A stretch of DNA of 64,000 bases. Origin: Candidatus Blackburnbacteria bacterium. GTDB taxonomy: Bacteria; Patescibacteriota; Microgenomatia; UBA8517; UBA10165. The translations under genes were made by a program, and so were the position numbers. The stretch spans positions 422,479 through 486,478 of the forward strand of contig JACPEJ010000001.1 of assembly GCA_016183565.1 (NCBI GenBank), read 5' to 3'. Under the pieces are notes generated by a model. The model worked only from the letters and a program-made list of their open reading frames with translations, ran no database searches and had not been told where the DNA came from. Every line of letters starts with the position of its first letter. The stretch's first letter is position 1. This document shows positions 55,606-63,282 of this stretch, piece by piece.

Positions 55606-55845
55606 TGATATACTTCATTAGAGGCAAAAGACTCGCCTCTAGATAGCACTTTGACGTTGATTGGAAGGAGGTGATACCCAAGAGAAGATACTGTCTCTTT
55701 TTCCTGCATTGGGCAGGAACTGGCTAGGTTTTAAGTTGAGGTCGACAGCCTAGGGCTTAGTCGGAAGTTTTCGGGTTAACCGACCCTGTGACATTCTAAC
55801 CAACTTGCTTGGTTAGGCCTGTCGAGTGTCCCGTAAGGAGGACTA
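55606..55845 (+). promoter_or_regulatory. Conserved structured 5' leader (copy 3)
   Basis: See 52789-53014. It carries the compensatory hairpin 'agaggcaaaagactcgcctct'. Confidence 0.5.
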
Positions 55846-56064
55846 ATGGGACCACAAAAAGGCGGAGGTGAAGGTCGTACCGATTACATAGACGCTGGTG
55901 GGTACGTTCACGAAAGCCCGTCGGAAGCAATTTCGGCAAGCCTGGGATTCGAGTCGGTCTCCGGTACAGGAGCGGGTTGTAGCCAGAGCCCCGACAACGT
56001 TTCTGACGACGGCGACAGCGCTTCTGACAACGGCTCCAGCGACAGCGACGGCAACGACGAGTAG
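55846..56064 (+). CDS. Small highly acidic Ser/Asp/Gly-rich low-complexity protein (copy 3, divergent)
   Basis: 'MGPQKGGGEGRTDYIDAGGYVHE...SDDGDSASDNGSSDSDGNDE'. RBS 'aaggagg' lies 5 nt upstream. Confidence 0.5.
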   Translation: MGPQKGGGEGRTDYIDAGGYVHESPSEAISASLGFESVSGTGAGCSQSPDNVSDDGDSASDNGSSDSDGNDE

Positions 56065-56161
56065 TCTCGCATGGGATGGAGAAAAGGTGGGTCGCCCAAC
56101 CCCTCAAAGCGCAAGCTTACCTTTTCTCCTTTCTTCTTTTTGGGGTAAAATAAGCACAATA

Positions 56162-57373
56162 ATGTCGCCAAAAATTCTACAATCAATTTATTTGAAATAT
56201 CTCCCGCGCTATACATCCGAAGTAAAATCGTTTCAACCTGACAGGCTCCGAAGTTTGATTAAAAAGGCTGCAAAAGATGCTAGAGAAAACTACAAAAAAT
56301 TATCCCAGCCCAAGGCATGCTCTATTGGCCTCTATACCGAAATCTGGGTCGGACAAGAAGTTCGAAAAGACTTAGCAGTTAAAACTCTCAAAAAAATTTC
56401 CGTCGACAATCCTCCGCCAGAATTCAAAGCACAAATAAATTACTTTGCTATCATGCCGCATGAACGGCACGGTGAGCTTAGAAAGAAATTATATGATTCA
56501 CCAATAAACAAACGAGGAGATATTTGGGACAGCTTTAAACTTCCCTTGGATGAAATAGAAAAGCGATTTATACAAATGACAATCTCGCGTAATGAATTTG
56601 CAAAAAGAAAAGGTTATAGATCTTATATTGACATACTTTTAGACAGTCACAAAATACCCCAATCGGATTACAAGAAACTTATTGAGAAATCTGACAAGCT
56701 TATCGGATATTGCAACAGTCAACTACCCAAAATTGGCAAATTGCCAACTTGGTTTTATTCCAAATTTAATATACCTTGTTTTATGTGTCAATTGCCTGTG
56801 TTCCCGTTCAAGACATTGGATGAAACATTCAGCTACTGCGCCAAGAAACATAACGTCTTAGACAAATTCAAATACAAAATAAAGGTTAAGTTGGACGATG
56901 ACTCGAGGATGCTCTATAGAAAGGAAACTGATAGTTTTGAAATAGCCATCAATAAAAATAACAATATTCGTCACCAATCAATTGAGCTTATACACGAACT
57001 TGCCCATGTAATAAATTATCTTCGTGATTTTAAAAAAGAAATTGACCCCCTTGTAGGAGGAGCACGCCTGCACGAAAAAGAAGCATTAGCTGTTGAGCTT
57101 TCTATATTAAAGGAACTATCACCAGAGTTGTTTTATACACACTTTACCGATGCTCTCCTTACTATTCGCCGAACCTTGTTTGAAATTGAACTCTATACTA
57201 ACCCAAAACAAAATTTAAGCAAACTCTACGCCGAAACACTTAATCGTTGTTTTAAAAAAGCAAATCAAAAGGAAAACCCAACCTATTTACTCGACGAGCG
57301 TATTGTGTTGCGCCCTCTCTCCACCTTGCCTCACGCAGTTGCCTATGCAACGTATCTTGACAAAAAGATTTAA
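56162..57373 (+). CDS. Hypothetical protein with an HExxH zinc-metallopeptidase-like motif. The gene is AT-rich and Lys-rich (cargo).
   Basis: 'LIHELAHVINYL' HExxH motif. Start trimmed to MSPKILQS at 56162; the longer GC-rich N-terminal extension overlaps the acidic small ORF in another frame and is probably not translated. Confidence 0.5.
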   Translation: MSPKILQSIYLKYLPRYTSEVKSFQPDRLRSLIKKAAKDARENYKKLSQPKACSIGLYTEIWVGQEVRKDLAVKTLKKISVDNPPPEFKAQINYFAIMPHERHGELRKKLYDSPINKRGDIWDSFKLPLDEIEKRFIQMTISRNEFAKRKGYRSYIDILLDSHKIPQSDYKKLIEKSDKLIGYCNSQLPKIGKLPTWFYSKFNIPCFMCQLPVFPFKTLDETFSYCAKKHNVLDKFKYKIKVKLDDDSRMLYRKETDSFEIAINKNNNIRHQSIELIHELAHVINYLRDFKKEIDPLVGGARLHEKEALAVELSILKELSPELFYTHFTDALLTIRRTLFEIELYTNPKQNLSKLYAETLNRCFKKANQKENPTYLLDERIVLRPLSTLPHAVAYATYLDKKI

Positions 57374-57430
57374 TACATCTAGAGGATTATACCATTTTGG
57401 CTATTGTCTAGGCTAATCATGAAGTCGAAT

Positions 57431-57550
57431 TTGACACAAAGTTATGCGATGACATAGAACTGTGTCAAGTGTTGGCGTGTTCGAGCGGCCACTCCCGAGG
57501 TGCAAACGTATTCCACCTCCCAGGTGGAAGATTCACAGGTGGAAGATTTT
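57431..57550. repeat. Compound REP-like cluster
   Basis: 'tttgacacaaagttatgcgatgacatagaactgtgtcaagtgttggcgtgttcgagcggccactcccgaggtgcaaacgtattccacctcccaggtggaagattcacaggtggaagatt'. Confidence 0.6.
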
Positions 57551-57647
57551 AACAAGTGGTCGTTAAGCTCTTTACGCTTGCAAGGTCTCACCTTGCGAGG
57601 CTAGTTCCTACTTGGTTTCTACTTCTCAAAAAGTGTTTGCACTCCGA

Positions 57648-57875
57648 TGATATACTACATTAGAGGTAAATGCTTGCCTCTAGATAGCACCTTGACGTTA
57701 GCCGGAAGGAGGTGATACCCAAGAGAAGATACTGTCTCTTTTTCCTGCATTGGGCAGGAAGTGGTTGTGTTTGGTCTGAAAGCTCCAGTGGTTGGAGAGA
57801 AGTCGACAGTCTCGGGCTTAAGTTAGAGGCCTTGGGTTAACAACCCTGTTCAACCTAGACTCAAGGAGTTGGGAA
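57648..57875 (+). promoter_or_regulatory. Conserved structured 5' leader (copy 4). Its 3' half is nearly identical to copy 1.
   Basis: See 52789-53014. Confidence 0.5.
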
Positions 57876-58175
57876 ATGTCTGACAGGGACAGTGATCGCT
57901 CCAGCGGTCGTGATCGTGATGGCGACCGTGACCGGGACCGGGACTCCGGCAGCCGGGACCGTGGTGGTGATCTTTACAGCTCCGACTTTGGCGATGATGT
58001 CAAGGGCGGTAACCTTGACCTAGACAAAGGCGGCAAAGGTAAGGATCATGCTAGTGTCTTTGGCGACGACCGCCATTTCTCTTGGGACATCGATACTAAG
58101 ACTGGCGAGGTCTCAAGGGTACATGGTTGGGAGCATCGAGACAAGGACACCGGTCGCGAGCGTAGTCGCTGGTAA
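57876..58175 (+). CDS. Small Asp/Arg/Ser/Gly-rich low-complexity protein (copy 4)
   Basis: 'MSDRDSDRSSGRDRDGDRDRDRDSGSRDRGGD...KGGNLDLDKGGKGKD...RHFSWDIDTKTG'. The N-terminus matches copy 1 with mostly synonymous nucleotide differences. Confidence 0.65.
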   Translation: MSDRDSDRSSGRDRDGDRDRDRDSGSRDRGGDLYSSDFGDDVKGGNLDLDKGGKGKDHASVFGDDRHFSWDIDTKTGEVSRVHGWEHRDKDTGRERSRW

Positions 58176-58283
58176 CCAGGCTAACAACTGAATATGTGAC
58201 TAAGGAGGGGGAGTACTCCATATGGAGATAAAGCGTATGGTCACTACGCAAGGACACAAGTCCTACCCCTCCACCTTTAAAGT

Positions 58284-58664
58284 ATGAAGTCGCTAAATTC
58301 AACAATGTCAAAGTTTGATAGATATTTAAGTGAGACTGTGTTTTCTTCAAAAAACGAGCTGACACAAAAGCAAACAAGAGAGATACTTCTTAGGGCATTA
58401 AAAGACTTTTTCGAAGGCAAGCTCGCTTTAGAGGAACTGGCAAGTATTGCTACTGATATATATTACACTCTGAACAGTCCTTTCAGAATTACAACAGAGT
58501 GGGAACACAGTTTGGGTAATATTCTCGAGAATCTAACCGAAGTTGACTATTATAAAGAGGAAGGAAGAAAAGACAAATATGCTAGGGATATGCATGAGAC
58601 TGTAATGAAAGAACTTGAGGAGTACTACGAAAAGAACAAATGGCGGATTGAGAAGAAAGAATAG
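58284..58664 (+). CDS. Hypothetical ~126-aa alpha-helical protein (paralog family A)
   Basis: 'ILLRALKDFFEGKLALEELASIATDIYYTL'; paralog of 53383-53769. Confidence 0.6.
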   Translation: MKSLNSTMSKFDRYLSETVFSSKNELTQKQTREILLRALKDFFEGKLALEELASIATDIYYTLNSPFRITTEWEHSLGNILENLTEVDYYKEEGRKDKYARDMHETVMKELEEYYEKNKWRIEKKE

Positions 58665-58765
58665 TTGACACAGAGTTACGTTATCGCGTAAAACTATGTC
58701 AAGTGTTGGTGTGTTCGAGCGGCCACTCCCGAGGTGCCAACGTATTCCACCTCCCAGGTGGAATT
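58664..58765. repeat. Compound REP-like cluster
   Basis: 'ttgacacagagttacgttatcgcgtaaaactatgtcaagtgttggtgtgttcgagcggccactcccgaggtgccaacgtattccacctcccaggtggaa'. Confidence 0.6.
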
Positions 58766-58879
58766 GTAGCACATGCTTGACATGACGGAAGGCGACGGCG
58801 TAAAATAGAGCCGGGGAATAAGCGAAAGCAAAGGGAGTAGTACTTTAACACAAAAATCAGCGGCAACTAGGAGGAGCAA

Positions 58880-59155
58880 GTGCCTAGGGATAGCGGACCC
58901 GCTGAACCGGCTGACCTTTTAAGCGATGGCGGGTCAAGCTCGCGGGATAAAGGTGGCGGTATCACTCACGAAACGATCTACGATAGAGAGCGTGGTACCC
59001 ACATCAGCTGGGATCACGACAAGGACGGCGACTACATCTCGGGTTCTGGTCACACTCGCGACGACCGAGCGAAGAGTACCATCTCGGACTGGGATCAAGG
59101 TCGTGATCGAGATCGGGATCGGGATAGAGGAAAGGACAAAGATTACAGGGGATAA
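58880..59155 (+). CDS. Small Asp/Arg/Gly-rich low-complexity protein (copy 5, GTG start, no conserved leader)
   Basis: '...SSRDKGGGITHETIYDRERGTHISWDHDKDGDY...DWDQGRDRDRDRDRGKDKDYRG'. Upstream there is an 'aggagg' RBS and a TTGACA-18 nt-TAAAAT promoter at ~58789-58819. Confidence 0.5.
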   Translation: MPRDSGPAEPADLLSDGGSSSRDKGGGITHETIYDRERGTHISWDHDKDGDYISGSGHTRDDRAKSTISDWDQGRDRDRDRDRGKDKDYRG

Positions 59156-59222
59156 AGGCAAAGGTTGGGGATGGTTCTAGACCTCTGAACAAATGAAAGC
59201 AGAAAGGGTTTCCCTTTAAAAA

Positions 59223-59624
59223 CTACTCTTCCCTTTCTGCCCTACCTTTTGTTTTGTCTTCGTAGAACTCGAGTACGTCTTTGAGGAAACTTAGGAAAAT
59301 AGTATCTAACTTTGGTCTTAAAACCCGTCTGACATAGAAATCCATCTCTTCTCCAGCAATTAAGATATCAAGGAATTCCTTACTGAAACTTTTCTCTTTT
59401 TCTATTGCGTTCCACCACAGCTTTCCTGCAACAAAACTTAAGTCGTCAAGAGATATGGCCTCGTCCATAAAATCTCGTACTGCTTTGAGGAATATTCCCT
59501 CAGTTTGTTTTTCATCTACGTCATCGATTGATACTACGCCAACCGAGTGGAGATACTCTGAAAGCCTTTGTTCTATAAACTCTGTCTTTCTCATTCGTTT
59601 TTCTGGGTGTTGATCCTCTTTCAT
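59223..59624 (-). CDS. Hypothetical ~133-aa alpha-helical protein (paralog family A, convergent orientation)
   Basis: 'IFLKAVRDFMDEAISLDDLSFVAGKLWWNAI' aligns with the (I/L)(F/L)LRALKD(Y/F)F core of the other two paralogs. Confidence 0.55.
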   Translation of the reverse strand: MKEDQHPEKRMRKTEFIEQRLSEYLHSVGVVSIDDVDEKQTEGIFLKAVRDFMDEAISLDDLSFVAGKLWWNAIEKEKSFSKEFLDILIAGEEMDFYVRRVLRPKLDTIFLSFLKDVLEFYEDKTKGRAEREE

Positions 59625-59767
59625 TAGCCAATTATACCATTGTTAAGTCGAAGCTGGCAGTCCTTGTACAGTATCAGAGTTTCGTTGACGTTAGGTAAGT
59701 TGGACTGTGACTTGTTTGCAAGTATCCGGTCTCCAATTATTTGCTGCGGTGTTCTGCCCTTCATTCC

Positions 59768-59812
59768 ATTATACCGGAGGTGCCAACGTATTTCACCTCC
59801 CAGGTGGAAAAT
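59768..59812. repeat. REP-like element 'ccggaggtgccaacgtatttcacctcccaggtggaaaatc'
   Basis: Same family. Confidence 0.55.
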
Positions 59813-59857
59813 CATTGCTTTTGTATGGCTTCTGGTTGGGTTATCAAAATTTTCCTT

Positions 59858-59929
59858 CTTGACAAAGAGTCTTGTAGTTTATGATATAGTGTAAGAGAAG
59901 GTCTAATTAAAGCTCTTTGAAAAGGAGGT
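59858..59929 (+). promoter_or_regulatory. Second copy of the promoter/RBS module seen at 50289-50360
   Basis: Near-identical sequence. Confidence 0.5.
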
Positions 59930-59934
59930 GGGCG

Positions 59935-60429
59935 ATGGCTGGCAATGTACAGGGGCTTTGTTTGTCTCGGCGGCGGTTGGGGTTACTGGCAATAGTTGGT
60001 TCTCCAATCTTTGTTGGTGCATGTGCGTGGGGTGACTCGCCGGAAAAAGCTGCGAAGGAGTGGCTTAGTGCTATCTTCAATTCCAGCTTGGCAGTTGATA
60101 AGAAGGTTGGTGAGCGGACTTGTAGAAGTCAGCAGGAAACAGTGTTATCAATTGTCAAGGTTGGTACATCTGGCTTAGTTGAGCGCTACACTGGTGGCAG
60201 AGTTAAGGTGGCGCAAGTAACCACAGTAAGCGTGGGCATCTACAGCTTCTTCTTTGAGACTCTTGCTGTCGTGGGTGATGTTGCCGAGGTACGTGCTCGC
60301 GGGACGTTTGGTTTTACTACGCGTAGTTCTTCGCAAACTATTGAGGTTGACGAGGTATGGCGGATGATCCGCGAAGGAGGGATATGGAAGTGGTGTGGAC
60401 TAGCTTCGTCGGCCTCTAAGCTGCGTTGA
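59935..60429 (+). CDS. Putative lipoprotein
   Basis: Signal peptide with lipobox-like 'LAIVGSPIFVGAC', preceded by RBS 'aaaggagg'. It is present only in the second copy of the duplicated module. Confidence 0.5.
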   Translation: MAGNVQGLCLSRRRLGLLAIVGSPIFVGACAWGDSPEKAAKEWLSAIFNSSLAVDKKVGERTCRSQQETVLSIVKVGTSGLVERYTGGRVKVAQVTTVSVGIYSFFFETLAVVGDVAEVRARGTFGFTTRSSSQTIEVDEVWRMIREGGIWKWCGLASSASKLR

Positions 60430-60457
60430 CTTGGCTGCGTAGTGGAAGGAGGAGCTG

Positions 60458-60688
60458 ATGGGAGCTATGCTTTTGGCTGTCGGGATTATCCTCTTGGTTG
60501 TTGGGGGATACCAACTGATGTCCATTGGTTCCCAGTACCCGGCTTTTGCAACGCCTGCTCAGGTTCTAGGGGAAGTAGAGGTGCAGCTAAACCTATGGCG
60601 GATTGTTGCTCTGGGTGGGCTTGTTTCGATAGCCGTGGGGCTTGTCATGTTGCTCCGTCGGCCGTCCAAGCCCACTTCACTATCCTAG
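60458..60688 (+). CDS. Small 2-TM membrane protein (homologous to the N-terminal half of 50367-50810)
   Basis: 'MGAMLLAVGIILLVVGGYQLM...' with RBS 'ggaaggagg'. Confidence 0.5.
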   Translation: MGAMLLAVGIILLVVGGYQLMSIGSQYPAFATPAQVLGEVEVQLNLWRIVALGGLVSIAVGLVMLLRRPSKPTSLS

Positions 60689-60694
60689 AGGAGG

Positions 60695-60976
60695 ATGGTT
60701 GTCGTGACAAAGGAAGGTGCTACTGGTTGGCTGGTGGTTGGTGCCGTCCTTGCCTTGGTAGGTGTTCTGGTATTTCTGGCACAAGGGAGTACGGTGGGTG
60801 AGTGCCAAACGTTTCTAGGGCAGTTGGGTCGAGCTCTGAGTCCAGAGGTTCAGCAGCGCTGTGGTACAGCGAACCTTCTCCGGACTGTCGGCGGAGTTGT
60901 AGCTGTTGGTGGGGTTATTGTAGCTCTAGTTGGCATTGTGCGGCTGGCAGCTTCTAGTACGTCAGAGAAAACGTGA
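60695..60976 (+). CDS. Small 2-TM membrane protein (homologous to the C-terminal half of 50367-50810)
   Basis: 'MVVVTKEGATGWLVVGAVLALVGVLVF...GECQTFLGQLGRALSPEVQQRCGTANLLRTVGGVVAVGG' is about 90% identical to the first copy. Confidence 0.5.
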   Translation: MVVVTKEGATGWLVVGAVLALVGVLVFLAQGSTVGECQTFLGQLGRALSPEVQQRCGTANLLRTVGGVVAVGGVIVALVGIVRLAASSTSEKT

Positions 60977-61001
60977 TCGCCCGACTCGGTCTCTCATCTC
61001 T

Positions 61002-61072
61002 GAGGCCACTGTCGTTGATGGTAAATTCGCTAGTTGCGAATACTCAAAAACGATAGTGGCCTTTTCTTTTTG
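61002..61072 (+). terminator. Rho-independent terminator (aggccactgtcg...cgatagtggcct plus ttttctttttg)
   Basis: 12-bp stem with one G-U wobble, then a T-tract. Confidence 0.55.
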
Positions 61073-61104
61073 TAAATTTTATAGAACCTACTGCACTCTT
61101 ACTA

Positions 61105-61152
61105 AAGGTGTCAAGCTATAATCCACCTCTAAGGTGTTTAAAAGGTGTCTGA
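61105..61152. repeat. REP-like element 'aaaggtgtcaagctataatccacctctaaggtgtttaaaaggtgtctg'
   Basis: Near-identical to the element at 51590-51640. Confidence 0.6.
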
Positions 61153-61156
61153 ACAA

Positions 61157-61870
61157 TTAGGGCTTTTCTCCCTTGAAGATCCACTGTGCTGATGTATAAG
61201 TTGGTAGATTACCCCGGGGTGGTGAAGTATGCACACTGTATGCCAAATCAATTGTTCTAAAAGTAGACATTTGTGAGACTACTTCCTCTTGCGTAGCAAA
61301 GTGGTGGGTGATTCCAGCTTCGGGTCCATTTGCGAGAATGAAGGTGTTTGGTTCTATTTCTTTGCCATTTCCATAATCAGAGCATTCAGGAGCAGTGAAC
61401 GTGACATAAACTAGTCCTCCGGAACACAGGGTTCTATGTATCTCGTGTATGCATTTTTGGATATTTGGTGTGGTGTTGTGAGTGATGACACTTCTACACA
61501 CTATTGCGTCAAAGAAATTGTCTGGACATGGGATTTTGGTCATGTCTGCGAAGAATAAACTGGCTTTTAACCCCTCTCGTTGTAACCAATCCTGCGCGTA
61601 TTTGAGACCATTATGGGAAATATCAGAGCCGAACACTTCAAATCCGTGTCTGGCTAATAAAATAACATGTCTGCCAATGCCACACCCTAGATCATAAACT
61701 CGCCTAACCCCTCTTGCCCTTAGCTCATCAGCGAGTACTAAGATTCTGGGGTCACATTTACTTTCTATCTGTATGAATTCAGGCCACCTAAATAGTTCAT
61801 TCCATGCCGGCATCTTTATTTCTCCTTGTTTTCTATAAGGACTATACTCTGTTCTTAAGTAATTTATCAA
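61157..61870 (-). CDS. Class I SAM-dependent methyltransferase
   Basis: Motif I 'RVYDLGCGIGRHVILLA' and motif II 'FDAIVCRSVITH'. The start may be the internal ATG at 61813. Confidence 0.75.
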   Translation of the reverse strand: MINYLRTEYSPYRKQGEIKMPAWNELFRWPEFIQIESKCDPRILVLADELRARGVRRVYDLGCGIGRHVILLARHGFEVFGSDISHNGLKYAQDWLQREGLKASLFFADMTKIPCPDNFFDAIVCRSVITHNTTPNIQKCIHEIHRTLCSGGLVYVTFTAPECSDYGNGKEIEPNTFILANGPEAGITHHFATQEEVVSQMSTFRTIDLAYSVHTSPPRGNLPTYTSAQWIFKGEKP

Positions 61871-61962
61871 GTTACTGCAGAATTACAGGCTTTGATTTCT
61901 CTAGGTTTTCTCTTATAATTTGTGGACACGAGTTATTACCTGGAAAGAGGAAAACTTAATAG

Positions 61963-63282
61963 ATGAAAAAAGTTTATGTGGCAGATATATTGAGGAGGAA
62001 ATGCGGAAACGTAGAGTTGCTTGGTTGGGTAAGTAGAATCCACAGACTTGGGAAGATTGTCTTCATTACTGTTGACGATTCAACGGGTAGTATACAAATA
62101 GTTATCAATAAAAATTCTGTTGATAAACAACTCTGGGACAAAGCTGGTAAGTTGGTGTTGGAAACCGCTGTCAAGGTAAAGGGCAAAATGGCAAATAATT
62201 CCCTTCACAAAAATAAAGAAATTCTAGCAGATGAACTGGAAATTGTAGGGTCATCAGACTTTTCCCTTTCTCCCTCGCCTAGAAGCGACATAGATATATT
62301 TGACCCTCGATTTGCAAAGTTATTACTTGATAAGCGTCACATATATATCAGAAACCCGAGGTATATATACATTTTAAAAGTTCGGCACATCATCATTGGC
62401 TTTATAAGACGTTGGTTTGACGGTGAGGGGTTTGTAGAAATTCAAGCGCCGATTCTGACACCAGTCAATTTATATGAGGACAAGTCTGCAATGCAGATTA
62501 AGATAGATAAGAGGCAGGTATTTCTCACCCAATGTGTTGGTTTTTATTTGGAAGCTGCTGTTCATGCACTAGAGAAGGTTTATAACATTGGTCCAAGTTT
62601 TAGAGCGGAGGAGACGCACTCCCCACGCCATCTTATGGAGTATTGGCACATAAAGTCGGAGGTAGCATTTGCTAACCTAGAGGATATAATAGACCTTGTA
62701 GAAAGATTAATTAAAGATTTAACAATAGAATTAGGAAAAAACCAATGTTTTAACACACCAATTTTGGGTACTAAATTTTGCCTTGACGGATGCAATATCC
62801 CCTTCCCTCGTATAAAGTACACGGAGGCTATAGATTATCTTCATGCAAAGGGTGTAAAAGTTGAATTTGGCAGAAGCCTGGGACCAAAAGGTGAAGTAGA
62901 GCTATCAAGGAAATTTAAAGACACACTATTTTGGATAACCGGCATGCCCCGAAAAGTTGAACCTTTCCCCTATGTAGTAGATTCTGCTGACAGCAGAGTG
63001 ACACGAACAGCTGATCTTATTGCAAGTAGAGGTTTTGGTGAACTGCTGGGTGTCGCTGAGAAGATCTCAGATATTAATAGTCTTAAAGGGAGGATGAGGG
63101 AAAAGGGTAAGCTGAATGATCTTCGATACAAATGGGTAGAAGAGGTGCACCAATTGGGTTGTGTACCTCATGCCGCAATGGGGATGGGGGTTGAAAGATT
63201 AGTCAGATGGATATTGGGCATTCCCCATGTCAAAGACACAATACCGTTTCCACGCCTTTTTAGGAGGAGAGTTTATCCTTAG
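61963..63282 (+). CDS. asnS: Asparagine--tRNA ligase (class IIb)
   Basis: N-terminal OB fold, then motif 2 'FRAEETHSPRHLMEYWHIKSEVAF', which resembles AsnRS 'RHLAEFWMLEPEVAF'. Confidence 0.65.
   Translation: MKKVYVADILRRKCGNVELLGWVSRIHRLGKIVFITVDDSTGSIQIVINKNSVDKQLWDKAGKLVLETAVKVKGKMANNSLHKNKEILADELEIVGSSDFSLSPSPRSDIDIFDPRFAKLLLDKRHIYIRNPRYIYILKVRHIIIGFIRRWFDGEGFVEIQAPILTPVNLYEDKSAMQIKIDKRQVFLTQCVGFYLEAAVHALEKVYNIGPSFRAEETHSPRHLMEYWHIKSEVAFANLEDIIDLVERLIKDLTIELGKNQCFNTPILGTKFCLDGCNIPFPRIKYTEAIDYLHAKGVKVEFGRSLGPKGEVELSRKFKDTLFWITGMPRKVEPFPYVVDSADSRVTRTADLIASRGFGELLGVAEKISDINSLKGRMREKGKLNDLRYKWVEEVHQLGCVPHAAMGMGVERLVRWILGIPHVKDTIPFPRLFRRRVYP

Noticed and set aside
55898-56161. GC-rich N-terminal extension (MGTFTKARRKQ...) of the HExxH protein ORF
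   Set aside because: It overlaps the acidic small-protein gene 55846-56064 in another frame and lacks an RBS. Composition switches abruptly at 56162, where a plausible ATG follows, so the downstream start was used.
59640-59894. 84-aa ORF between the helical gene and the duplicated promoter
   Set aside because: It spans a REP-like element and the promoter module and has no RBS. It is most likely non-coding.
51381-61152. Possibility that the recurring 'ccacctctaaggtgg' and 'ccacctcccaggtgga' palindromes form a CRISPR array
   Set aside because: Repeat copies are irregularly spaced, from tens to thousands of nt. They have heterogeneous flanks and are palindromic REP-like units at gene ends. There are no uniform spacers and no cas genes.
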